Of a DNA stretch of 32,000 bases, positions 16,285-23,585 are shown piece by piece. The DNA is taken from positions 120,001-152,000 of the forward strand of contig CP064964.1 in NCBI GenBank assembly GCA_016699205.1. The letters run 5' to 3'. Within the stretch, counting starts at the first letter, position 1, and each line of letters opens with the position of its first letter. Below the pieces are notes generated by a model, which was given only the letters and a program-made list of their open reading frames with translations, was not told the origin of the DNA and did not search any database. Origin of the DNA: Candidatus Saccharimonadota bacterium (GTDB lineage: Bacteria; Patescibacteriota; Patescibacteriia; 2-12-FULL-60-25). A program made the position numbers and the translations under genes.

Positions 16285-17015
16285 GAGGCCTAACGGTTGT
16301 AAAAGAGTTACTGCGCAGGCATCCGTCTGCGGGGTTTGTGTATCTTGGCGATACGGCGCGTACTCCATACGGAAACAAGTCTGCGGAGATGATTCAACGG
16401 TATGCCATTGAGGATGCGCGGTTTTTGGTAGGAAAAGGGGCGACGACGATTCTTGTCGCCTGTAACTCGGTGAGCGCGGTTGCGATGAATGAGCTTAAAA
16501 GCGAGTTTCCGAGTATCAAGTTCTTTGAGGTGATCACACCGGCGGTTTTGTCTGCTTCCGGGAAAAAGATCGGTGTGATTGGCACACGAGCAACAATTGG
16601 ATCGGGAGTTTATGAACGCCGCTTAAAGGAACGCGATTCTAACATCGAGGTTATTTCACAAGCGTGTCCGTTGTTTGTGCCGCTTGTAGAAGAGAATTGG
16701 ATCAATAAACCGGAGTCAAAACGTATTGCTCGAACGTATCTGGAGCCGATCCGACGGGAGCAAGTCGACTCGCTGATTCTTGGTTGTACGCATTATCCTT
16801 TGCTCGCCGAGGTGATCCGTGCGTCGTTGCAGAAACGCGTAAAGATCATTGACTCACCGGCGGCATTAGTCGACGTGGTTGAGAAGGAAGCGGGGAGCGA
16901 GATCGTCAATGGAGCACAGGAATATTATTTTACGGATCCGTCAAAATCTACGGACGCGATTGCTACACGGTGGCTCGGAAAAACCGTGAAGGGATTAAGC
17001 GCGAATCTTTTATAG
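16257..17015 (+). CDS. murI: Glutamate racemase
   Basis: LGIFDSGVGGLTV, ILVACNSVS (Cys 1) and LGCTHYPLL (Cys 2). Overlaps the upstream gene by 28 nt. Confidence 0.93.
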   Translation: MLGIFDSGVGGLTVVKELLRRHPSAGFVYLGDTARTPYGNKSAEMIQRYAIEDARFLVGKGATTILVACNSVSAVAMNELKSEFPSIKFFEVITPAVLSASGKKIGVIGTRATIGSGVYERRLKERDSNIEVISQACPLFVPLVEENWINKPESKRIARTYLEPIRREQVDSLILGCTHYPLLAEVIRASLQKRVKIIDSPAALVDVVEKEAGSEIVNGAQEYYFTDPSKSTDAIATRWLGKTVKGLSANLL

Positions 17016-17061
17016 AAAAAGAAAAGCGCCCCGACGAAGTCTTGAAGACTTGTCGGGGCGC
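17013..17061 (-). terminator. Strong intrinsic terminator for a minus-strand transcript; it also lies just after the murI stop
   Basis: GCGCCCCGAC(g)AAGTC-ttgaa-GACTTGTCGGGGCGC gives a 15-bp stem with one bulge. On the minus strand it is followed by TTTTCTTTTTC. There is no T run on the plus-strand side. Confidence 0.75.
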
Positions 17062-17424
17062 GAAGAGTAGCGATTCTTCGGATACGGTCATGCGGTTGGC
17101 GCTTCATGCGAGGGACTTCACGCACGTGGATCTCGCCTTTTTTCCGACGGGGGATTGCCGAATTTCGGATGATCCTTTCATCAGACCTTACTAGCATGGC
17201 TCGTGATCGCATCACTCGAGCAACCGGGGGAGGGTCGCGAGCGTCGCTGATCTTGGTCCATGCGTTCAGCCCTGAATCCAGAACGGTCCTTGATCCGGCA
17301 TGGGGGTCCCCTCGAGGGGTTATGAGCCCAATCTCGACTTTATTCCCCATTTAACCGGCCAACACAGGAGGTGATCCTGATTTGGCTTTTCCCGTCTGCT
17401 GCACAAACGTATCCGAAGAACCAA
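17062..17424 (-). ncRNA. Candidate structured non-coding RNA (~360 nt), class unidentified
   Basis: This 450-bp gap has no credible ORF. A 13-bp perfect long-range helix (17074-17086 with 17408-17420) extends to 16 bp through U-G and G-U pairs on the minus strand only. An upstream promoter and a downstream intrinsic terminator are both on the minus strand. Several internal hairpins are present (CAGGA-ucacc-UCCUG, CCCC-ucga-GGGG, AUGGGG...CCCCAU). Confidence 0.4.
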
Positions 17425-17429
17425 TATCG

Positions 17430-17457
17430 AGTTTACACAAAGCGTGAAAACCGTCAA
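17430..17457 (-). promoter_or_regulatory. Sigma70-like promoter (TTGACG-N16-TAAACT) for the candidate ncRNA
   Basis: The minus strand reads TTGACG (17457-17452), a 16-nt spacer, then TAAACT (17435-17430). The predicted TSS near 17423 coincides with the first base of the closing helix. Confidence 0.35.
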
Positions 17458-17467
17458 GATATGACCC

Positions 17468-18064
17468 ATGCTTCAAGTCCTCATCTTCTTGCTGGTTTTA
17501 TCGGTACTCGTCCTTGTCCACGAGGCCGGACATTACATCGCCGCTCGCATTTTTGGGGTAAAAGCCGAGGAATTTGGTTATGGATTCCCTCCGCGCGCCA
17601 TCGGTTTTGTCAAAACCGATAAAGGATGGAAGAAGGTAGCCGGCCGCGATCGATCTAGTTATAAAAACACGGTTTGGTCCCTTAACTGGCTGCCTTTGGG
17701 AGGTTTTGTGCGCTTGAAAGGCGAGGCTGGCGAGGGGACAGGAGACGCTGATTCATTTTTGACAAAGAAGGGCTGGCAGAAATTTATCATTCTGGCGGCT
17801 GGTGTTTGTATGAACTGGGTTTTAGCCATGTTCATTTTTACCATCGGCTTTGCTGTTGGCGTACCGGCCGAGGTTGATGCATTGCCACCTTCCGCGATTG
17901 TCAGCAATCAACATATTGAAATTGTCGAAGTTGTCTCCAAGAGTGCAGCTCAGAATGCCGGGCTTCAACAGGGCGACCAGATCGTCACGATTAATGGACA
18001 GGTTCCGAATAACGCAGAAGCTTCACGCGCGATACTGGCCGATCAAACGGAAAAAGGGTTTTGA
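17468..18064 (+). CDS. rseP: RIP zinc metalloprotease RseP (M50), N-terminal fragment ending at a frameshift-induced TGA
   Basis: VLVHEAGHYIAARIFG (HExxH), a TM segment, and the start of the PDZ domain (AAQNAGLQQGDQIVTINGQ). Confidence 0.9.
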   Translation: MLQVLIFLLVLSVLVLVHEAGHYIAARIFGVKAEEFGYGFPPRAIGFVKTDKGWKKVAGRDRSSYKNTVWSLNWLPLGGFVRLKGEAGEGTGDADSFLTKKGWQKFIILAAGVCMNWVLAMFIFTIGFAVGVPAEVDALPPSAIVSNQHIEIVEVVSKSAAQNAGLQQGDQIVTINGQVPNNAEASRAILADQTEKGF

Positions 18065-18632
18065 ATTAACATTGGAAATCAAACGCGATGGGACAATGCA
18101 GACGATTCAAGCCAAGCCTGAGTTTTTGGACGCGCTAGGAAAACCGGGTCTAGGAGTCGCGATTGCGAATATCGGGACGGTGCGTTTCCCATTACATCTT
18201 GCTGTTGTGCAAGGCGTGACTGTAACGGCGCAGTATACGTGGCTCATTATTAATGGATTCTTTAGCTTGATCGGATCTCTCTTTGGCGATCGCAAGCTTG
18301 CTGGTGAAGTTTCAGGTCCGATTGGCATTGCTGTATTAACAGGACATGTTGCGAGCCAGGGTTTTTGGGCACTGATGCAGTTTGCTGCATTGTTGTCGCT
18401 CAACTTAGCCGTCATTAACTTTTTGCCGATTCCAGCGCTGGATGGTGGACGTGCGCTTTTCGTCGTGGTGGAATCGTTACGACGGAAACGCAATAACCCG
18501 CGCTTTGAAGCAGCGATTCATCAGGCCGGATTTGTGGCGTTGATCATTCTTATCCTACTCGTCACCGCACAAGACATTGGTCGATACGGCGGCACGATCT
18601 GGAATGGCCTGAAGGGTATCATCGGTCTCTAA
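17850..18632 (+). CDS. rseP: RseP C-terminal fragment (real coding resumes near 18060 in the +1 frame)
   Basis: GFELTLEIKRDGTMQTIQAKPE (end of the PDZ domain), GPIGIA and LLSLNLAVINFLPIPALDGGRALF (M50 NxxPxxxLDG motif). Translation upstream of ~18056 in this frame is nonsense. Confidence 0.9.
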   Translation: MLLAYRPRLMHCHLPRLSAINILKLSKLSPRVQLRMPGFNRATRSSRLMDRFRITQKLHARYWPIKRKKGFELTLEIKRDGTMQTIQAKPEFLDALGKPGLGVAIANIGTVRFPLHLAVVQGVTVTAQYTWLIINGFFSLIGSLFGDRKLAGEVSGPIGIAVLTGHVASQGFWALMQFAALLSLNLAVINFLPIPALDGGRALFVVVESLRRKRNNPRFEAAIHQAGFVALIILILLVTAQDIGRYGGTIWNGLKGIIGL

Positions 18633-18642
18633 TCTCAATCAT

Positions 18643-19677
18643 ATGGATCTCGAACCAACACTCCGTGCGATCGGCAATCAGGCGCGTGAAGCGATCGAAT
18701 CGGCAAAGACACTTGAGCAGCTCGAGGAAATCGAGGTGCGTTTTCTTGGACGCAAAGGCGAGCTTGCCGGTCTCATGAAAGAGATGGCGAGCGTATCGGC
18801 CGAGGATCGTCCAAAGATCGGCGCTTTTGCTAATGAAGTGAAGATGGATATTGAAAAAGCGATGAATGAGAAACGCGCATCGCTTGGCAGCGCCGCTATC
18901 AATCAGAAACTTTCCAGCGAGCAGGAAGATGTGACGGAGCCTGGCACAAGACCGCCGGAAGGACATTTGCATATTGTCACACAAGCGATCCGTGAATTTA
19001 CGGAAATTTTTGAACGCGCTGGTTTTCAGCGCGTGCGTCCGCCAGAAGTTGATTGGGATTGGTTTGCGTTTGAATCACTCAACATGCCAAAGGAGCACCC
19101 GGCACGCGATGATTGGGAGACATTTTTCATGAATGCGCCGATGAGCGACAAGAAACATGAAGGACGCATGCTACTCACGCCGCATACGACTAATGGAACG
19201 GCGCATCTCTTAAAAGACCAGACGCCGCCGATCCGAGCCGTCAGCATCGGTAAGACGTATCGCCGACAAATCGACCTGACACATTTACCGATGTTTCATC
19301 AGTTTGATGGCGTGTATGTCGACAAGGGAGTGAACCTGACGCATTTGCTCGGTATTATCGAGTACTTTGTTAAAGAGTTTTTTGGACCAGATCGTAAGGT
19401 GCGTATTCGTCCTTATCATTTCCGTTTTACGGAACCGTCATTTGAAATCGATATCTCGACAGACTCGCGCATGGGTAAAAATGGCTGGCTTGAACTTGGC
19501 GGCGCGGGAATGCTGCATCCAAACGTGATTAAAGCCGCCGGACTTGATCCGGAAGAGTATTCGGGCTTAGCTTTTGGTTGGGGAGTGGAGCGCACCTATA
19601 TGATGAAAGAAGGCCTACAGCTGGATGATATTCGTACCTTGTATAAGAACGATTTGCGCTTTTTGCAGCAATTCTAA
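18643..19677 (+). CDS. pheS: Phenylalanine--tRNA ligase alpha subunit
   Basis: N-terminal coiled coil (LEEIEVRFLGRKGEL). Class II motifs: HPARDDWETFF, GKTYRRQ, FHQFDG, FRFTEPS, ELGGAGMLHPNV, GLAFGWGVER. Confidence 0.95.
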   Translation: MDLEPTLRAIGNQAREAIESAKTLEQLEEIEVRFLGRKGELAGLMKEMASVSAEDRPKIGAFANEVKMDIEKAMNEKRASLGSAAINQKLSSEQEDVTEPGTRPPEGHLHIVTQAIREFTEIFERAGFQRVRPPEVDWDWFAFESLNMPKEHPARDDWETFFMNAPMSDKKHEGRMLLTPHTTNGTAHLLKDQTPPIRAVSIGKTYRRQIDLTHLPMFHQFDGVYVDKGVNLTHLLGIIEYFVKEFFGPDRKVRIRPYHFRFTEPSFEIDISTDSRMGKNGWLELGGAGMLHPNVIKAAGLDPEEYSGLAFGWGVERTYMMKEGLQLDDIRTLYKNDLRFLQQF

Positions 19678-19696
19678 TTCAGGTTAACGAAATTCT

Positions 19697-20134
19697 ATGG
19701 ATCTTCTTGAAAAGCAGCTTGCAGAAAAACAGACGACAACGGTACCGGTGCAGGCCGTGAAAAATGAAACGGCTGCTCTTGAACATGAGGTCGCGATGTT
19801 GAAGCAGCGTTTTAAGTGGGTCGCTGTCTTGTGGTGGATCTTGTTTATCATGATTGTGCTTGGAGCTTTTGCTCTCGTCTCGTGGAACATGTGGGACACT
19901 TGGAAACTGCGTGAAGAGTCGATGACGTATGGAGCGCGTGTCGAGAGACGCATCGACGAGACGGCCGTGAACTCGCAGCGTAATTTGCAGGATCGATCAC
20001 TTACCGTTGAACAGCGCCTCGACAATTTGATGCGCGATTTCTCGGACTTGAAAGCGGAGATGAAGGCCCTTGAAATCAACTTTGAACGAGCGGAGCAGAT
20101 CTGTACGAATGCTTGTAACGCAGCGCAGAAATAA
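19697..20134 (+). CDS. Hypothetical single-pass membrane protein with flanking coiled coils, lying between pheS and pheT
   Basis: 145 aa, co-directional with its neighbours. TM WVAVLWWILFIMIVLGAFALVSW. Heptad-like segments on both sides. The antisense ORF 19684..20151 looks like a shadow. Confidence 0.5.
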   Translation: MDLLEKQLAEKQTTTVPVQAVKNETAALEHEVAMLKQRFKWVAVLWWILFIMIVLGAFALVSWNMWDTWKLREESMTYGARVERRIDETAVNSQRNLQDRSLTVEQRLDNLMRDFSDLKAEMKALEINFERAEQICTNACNAAQK

Positions 20135-20169
20135 TCAATACATAAATCCAACGCAGCGCATCACTTCTT

Positions 20170-22569
20170 ATGAACATCCTCGCATCGTACGACTGGCTGA
20201 AAGAATATGTCGATCTGGAAAAGATCGATCCGCAGTCTTTTGCGAGCCGTGTTTCATTGTCAGGACCCGGAGTCGAGCGACTCTATCCGCAAGGACAAGA
20301 TCTCGATGGAATCGTGGTCGGACATGTGTTGGAAGTGAAGCCGCATCCCAATGCGGATAAGCTTCGTATCGCGAACGTTGATCTTGGCGCAAAGAAAGCG
20401 ACGATTGTTTGTGGAGGATCGAATCTGGAAGTTGGACAGTGGGTTGCGGTGGCGAAGGTTGGATCCAAGGTGCGCTGGCATGGCGAGGGCGATCCGATTG
20501 AATTGAAGCCGATCGAGATCCGAGGCGAGAAGAGTGAAGGAATGATTTGTGCCGCAAATGAAATCGGTTTGTATGACGCGTTTCCGCATCAGGAGCGCGA
20601 GATTGTCGACCTTGGAAAGTCTTTACCGGAACTAAAAGTGAAAGCCGGTACCCCTCTGGCGGATGCGCTCGGACTTTCCGGCGACACGGTTTTGGATATT
20701 GAAATTACGACGAATCGTCCGGACGCAGCTGGAATGGTCGGTTTGGCGCGCGAGGCTGCATCGATTTTGAAACGTAAGCTTTTGTGGAAGGCGGCAAAGA
20801 TGCCGAAAGGGAAAACGATTTCATCGATCAAAGTGGCTGAAAAGAAATTGTGTCCGCGCTATATCGGCGTGCGTATTGATGGAGTGAATGTCGGAGCTTC
20901 ACCTTGGTGGTTGAAGCGACGTTTGCTTTCAGCAGGATTACGTCCGATTAATGCCGTCGTCGATATCACAAATTTTGTGATGCTTGAGCTTGGACAACCG
21001 ATGCATGCGTTTGATGCGGCCAAACTTTCCGCTGATACGATTGTTGTCCGATCGGCAAAGAAAGGGGAAAAGATGCAGGCACTTGATGGCAAGACCTATA
21101 ATCTTGAGGATGGAATGCTTGTGATTGCGGATGCGGATAAGCCGCAAGCTGTTGCAGGTGTGATGGGATCGGAGACATCGGCTGTCACGAGCGGGACAAC
21201 GTCGATTGTTTTGGAAGCGGCAACCTTTGATTCTGTTTCCGTGCGACGTACAGCGCGCAAACTCAATCTCTACTCGGATGCGCAGCTTCGTTTTGAGAAA
21301 GGTTTGTCGATGATGGCGCCGCCTGAGGCGATGGCACGTGCTGTTGAACTTGTGCTCGAACTTTGTGGCGGAAAGGTTATAGGCATGAATGATATTCAAG
21401 CGCATGCTTACAAAACACCGAGCTACTCGATTACGTTTGCCAAGATCGATGAGTTGATCGGCATCCCGATGAAGAAGACGGATTGTATCGATACGTTGAA
21501 GAGACTTGGATTTACGGTGAAGGCGGATGCGAAGAAGCTGACAGCAACCTCACCGTGGTGGCGCGACCATGATATTGAGAGCGGACGTGATCTCGTGGAG
21601 GAAATCGCTCGTGTTTATGGATATGCGAATCTTCCTGCGGTATTTCCGCCTGGAATTGTTCCGGAAGCACCTGTCCGGACATTGAGCTTGGAGGATCGAA
21701 CAAAGGAGCTCGCGAAACAAGCGGGCTACACGGAAACCTTTACCTACTCGTTTACATCTCGGGAGACGCAGGAAATGGCCGGATATAATTCCATCAAAAT
21801 GCTCGCGATTGCGAATCCGCTTTCGGCAGACTTTGAATTGATGCGCACCTCGCTCCTTCCGTCTCTCTTGCAGGTAGCGATGCAGAACCAAGAGCGTTTC
21901 CGAAATCAAAAATTGTTTGAGATTGCGAATGTCTACTATCCAAAAGGCAGCGGCTGGAAAACACTCCCCGATGAACAACCCGAGTTAGGCGCCCTCGTTT
22001 TGGGCGATGAGAATGCGTGGCGCGAGGCAAAAGGCTTGGCTGAACATGTGTTGAGCGGACTTGGAATTTCAGGCGTTACGTGGAAGCGTTTGGCGAGCGA
22101 CTCGTTCTGGCATCCGGGAAGAACCGTTCAGGCCATGGCTGGGAACGAGCTTGTAGCAACCGTTGGCGAATTACATCCGTCTTTGGCAGAGAAATATAAG
22201 TTTGAAGGACGCGTGGCTTTGGTTGATTTACCGCTACGCCATGTCTTTCATCGTGCAACGGATGCGAAGCGTTATCAGCCGATTCCGGTTTATCCTGTTT
22301 CCAAACGTGACTTGGCGATTATCGTTGACCAGAATATTGAAGTTCAGGATGTGATCGCTACTCTTTCCAAGATTGATCGATTAGTTCGCCAAGTCACTTG
22401 GTTTGATACGTATAAGGGGAAGGGCGTGGCAACCGGAAAGAAGTCGCTCGCATTTCATATCGAGATCGGTGCGGATGATCGAACACTCGAGACGGCCGAT
22501 GTCGATGCGGTGATGGAGCAGGTGATTGACGAAACGAAAAACCGCTTTGCCGCAGAAATCCGTTCATAA
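20170..22569 (+). CDS. pheT: Phenylalanine--tRNA ligase beta subunit
   Basis: 799 aa. tRNA-binding domain (GHVLEVKPHPNADKLRIANVDLG), B3/4 domain (TNRPDAAGMVGLAREAA), B5 domain, and a C-terminal FDX-ACB domain (KSLAFHIEI). Confidence 0.95.
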   Translation: MNILASYDWLKEYVDLEKIDPQSFASRVSLSGPGVERLYPQGQDLDGIVVGHVLEVKPHPNADKLRIANVDLGAKKATIVCGGSNLEVGQWVAVAKVGSKVRWHGEGDPIELKPIEIRGEKSEGMICAANEIGLYDAFPHQEREIVDLGKSLPELKVKAGTPLADALGLSGDTVLDIEITTNRPDAAGMVGLAREAASILKRKLLWKAAKMPKGKTISSIKVAEKKLCPRYIGVRIDGVNVGASPWWLKRRLLSAGLRPINAVVDITNFVMLELGQPMHAFDAAKLSADTIVVRSAKKGEKMQALDGKTYNLEDGMLVIADADKPQAVAGVMGSETSAVTSGTTSIVLEAATFDSVSVRRTARKLNLYSDAQLRFEKGLSMMAPPEAMARAVELVLELCGGKVIGMNDIQAHAYKTPSYSITFAKIDELIGIPMKKTDCIDTLKRLGFTVKADAKKLTATSPWWRDHDIESGRDLVEEIARVYGYANLPAVFPPGIVPEAPVRTLSLEDRTKELAKQAGYTETFTYSFTSRETQEMAGYNSIKMLAIANPLSADFELMRTSLLPSLLQVAMQNQERFRNQKLFEIANVYYPKGSGWKTLPDEQPELGALVLGDENAWREAKGLAEHVLSGLGISGVTWKRLASDSFWHPGRTVQAMAGNELVATVGELHPSLAEKYKFEGRVALVDLPLRHVFHRATDAKRYQPIPVYPVSKRDLAIIVDQNIEVQDVIATLSKIDRLVRQVTWFDTYKGKGVATGKKSLAFHIEIGADDRTLETADVDAVMEQVIDETKNRFAAEIRS

Positions 22570-22580
22570 TCATTTATCCT

Positions 22581-23132
22581 ATGAATACGCCTCCAACAAA
22601 TACCGCTGTCCCGCATAAAAATGGTGTCAAGAATTTTTCTCTTACTCCCGTGCAAGGTTGCGTTTTACTGATCGTCTTGGTTGTGGGGTTTGGTGGGATT
22701 ATTTATTGGATCTCCAACATGTATCCGCGATCGTTTACAGGTACGGTGAAAACATCCATCGGAACCTTGGCGCCCTATGGCTGCCATTCAGAAGGATCCC
22801 AACTCGTTGTCCCGTTGCGGCCGGATCCGCAGCCTGATGGATTTAACGAGGAAAATCGCGCACTGCTCTTTAAGCACAACATCACAGAACGCTCGACGAA
22901 TTCCGCGATACCCGCCAAAGTTGCCACCGTATCTTGGCGAGATCAGGATAAAAATGTGAGCCAAATCTCTTGTTCCAAGCTGGAAGATGTATTTACTGTT
23001 TTCCGCAAGCGCCGCGGCGGTCAACGTTTAACCCGCCAAGATTACTGGAGCGGTACGGTTCAAGCGACCTGTGAAGTCCCGGGAGTTGGATCCGTGGAAG
23101 TCGATCTCGATGTCGAGAACTGCGGTCGATAA
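22581..23132 (+). CDS. Hypothetical N-terminally anchored protein with four extracytoplasmic Cys
   Basis: 183 aa. TM CVLLIVLVVGFGGIIYWI. CATAAT lies 10 nt upstream of the ATG. No recognised family. Confidence 0.55.
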   Translation: MNTPPTNTAVPHKNGVKNFSLTPVQGCVLLIVLVVGFGGIIYWISNMYPRSFTGTVKTSIGTLAPYGCHSEGSQLVVPLRPDPQPDGFNEENRALLFKHNITERSTNSAIPAKVATVSWRDQDKNVSQISCSKLEDVFTVFRKRRGGQRLTRQDYWSGTVQATCEVPGVGSVEVDLDVENCGR

Positions 23133-23141
23133 GAGCCGTTC

Positions 23142-23501
23142 ATGCTATACTTGGAACATATGTTCCTCGAAACCTCATCCGATTTGTTCCTGCTTGTTGG
23201 ATCGATTTGTCTTTTGCTCGTTACCGGCTTTGTCTGCTGGCTTTTGTATGAGGCCGCGAGACTCTTACATCAGACCAACGAGCTCGTAGAAGAAACGCGC
23301 GAGAAAATCAACGCCGTCGAGCTGCTCGTAAAGACGGTGGGGGAGAAAATCATGAACTTGTCGCAGTACGCGGGAATCCTGGCAGAAGGCGGCAAGAAAA
23401 TGATGGGTTACTTTGAACACAGGGGCGATGGCAATGAAAAACCGGCAAAACGCAAAAGAGGAAAAGAGCCGACATTGGATGAGATAGAGGAAGAGGAGTA
23501 G
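23142..23501 (+). CDS. DUF948-like small membrane protein (N-terminal TM plus coiled coil)
   Basis: 119 aa. TM LLVGSICLLLVTGFVCWLLY, followed by EAARLLHQTNELVEETREKINAVELLVKTVGEKI and a Lys/Glu-rich tail. The architecture matches the DUF948 family as I remember it. Confidence 0.55.
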   Translation: MLYLEHMFLETSSDLFLLVGSICLLLVTGFVCWLLYEAARLLHQTNELVEETREKINAVELLVKTVGEKIMNLSQYAGILAEGGKKMMGYFEHRGDGNEKPAKRKRGKEPTLDEIEEEE

Positions 23502-23521
23502 GAAGGTTGACGGAATGATTG

Positions 23522-23549
23522 ACCCGCCCTCGCCGGCGGGTTAATTTTT
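23522..23549 (+). terminator. Intrinsic terminator
   Basis: ACCCGCC-ctcgcc-GGCGGGT, followed by TAATTTTT. Confidence 0.6.
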
Positions 23550-23585
23550 GTCCCATCACGATCGTACGCAGGCTTTAAGCCGACA

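Noticed and set aside
16925-17350. 141-aa minus-strand ORF covering the murI-rseP gap
   Set aside because: It reads straight through a strong terminator hairpin and 90 nt of antisense murI. It is Arg-rich with no recognisable domain. The region is better explained by RNA structure.
17062-17424. Assigning the candidate RNA to tmRNA, SRP RNA, 6S RNA or RNase P RNA
   Set aside because: tmRNA: no tRNA-like T arm (GGUUCGA.UCC) or ...CCACCA-compatible 3' end, and no plausible tag ORF ending in hydrophobic residues. SRP: no GGAA-capped helix 8 motif with closing pairs. 6S: the RNA is too long. RNase P: only partial CR-I-like similarity, and the conserved ACAGAA..GGCUUA block is not found. I therefore leave it unclassified rather than name it.
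17382-17447. 21-codon TTG-initiated ORF downstream of the AGGAGGTGATCC box, as a leader peptide for rseP
   Set aside because: It has a non-ATG start 10 nt from the SD core, there is no supporting conservation I can see, and it overlaps the closing helix and promoter of the candidate minus-strand RNA. It is mentioned only as an alternative under the anti-SD finding.
19684-20151. Long antisense or shadow ORFs: 19684..20151(-), 5801..6340(+), 1875..2351(-), 8074..8748(-), 25088..25714(-), 26615..27046(-), 20938..21405(-), 28690..29142(-) and similar
   Set aside because: Each lies entirely within a well-supported gene on the opposite strand or in another frame. They have Arg/Ser/Cys-rich junk composition and no recognisable motifs.
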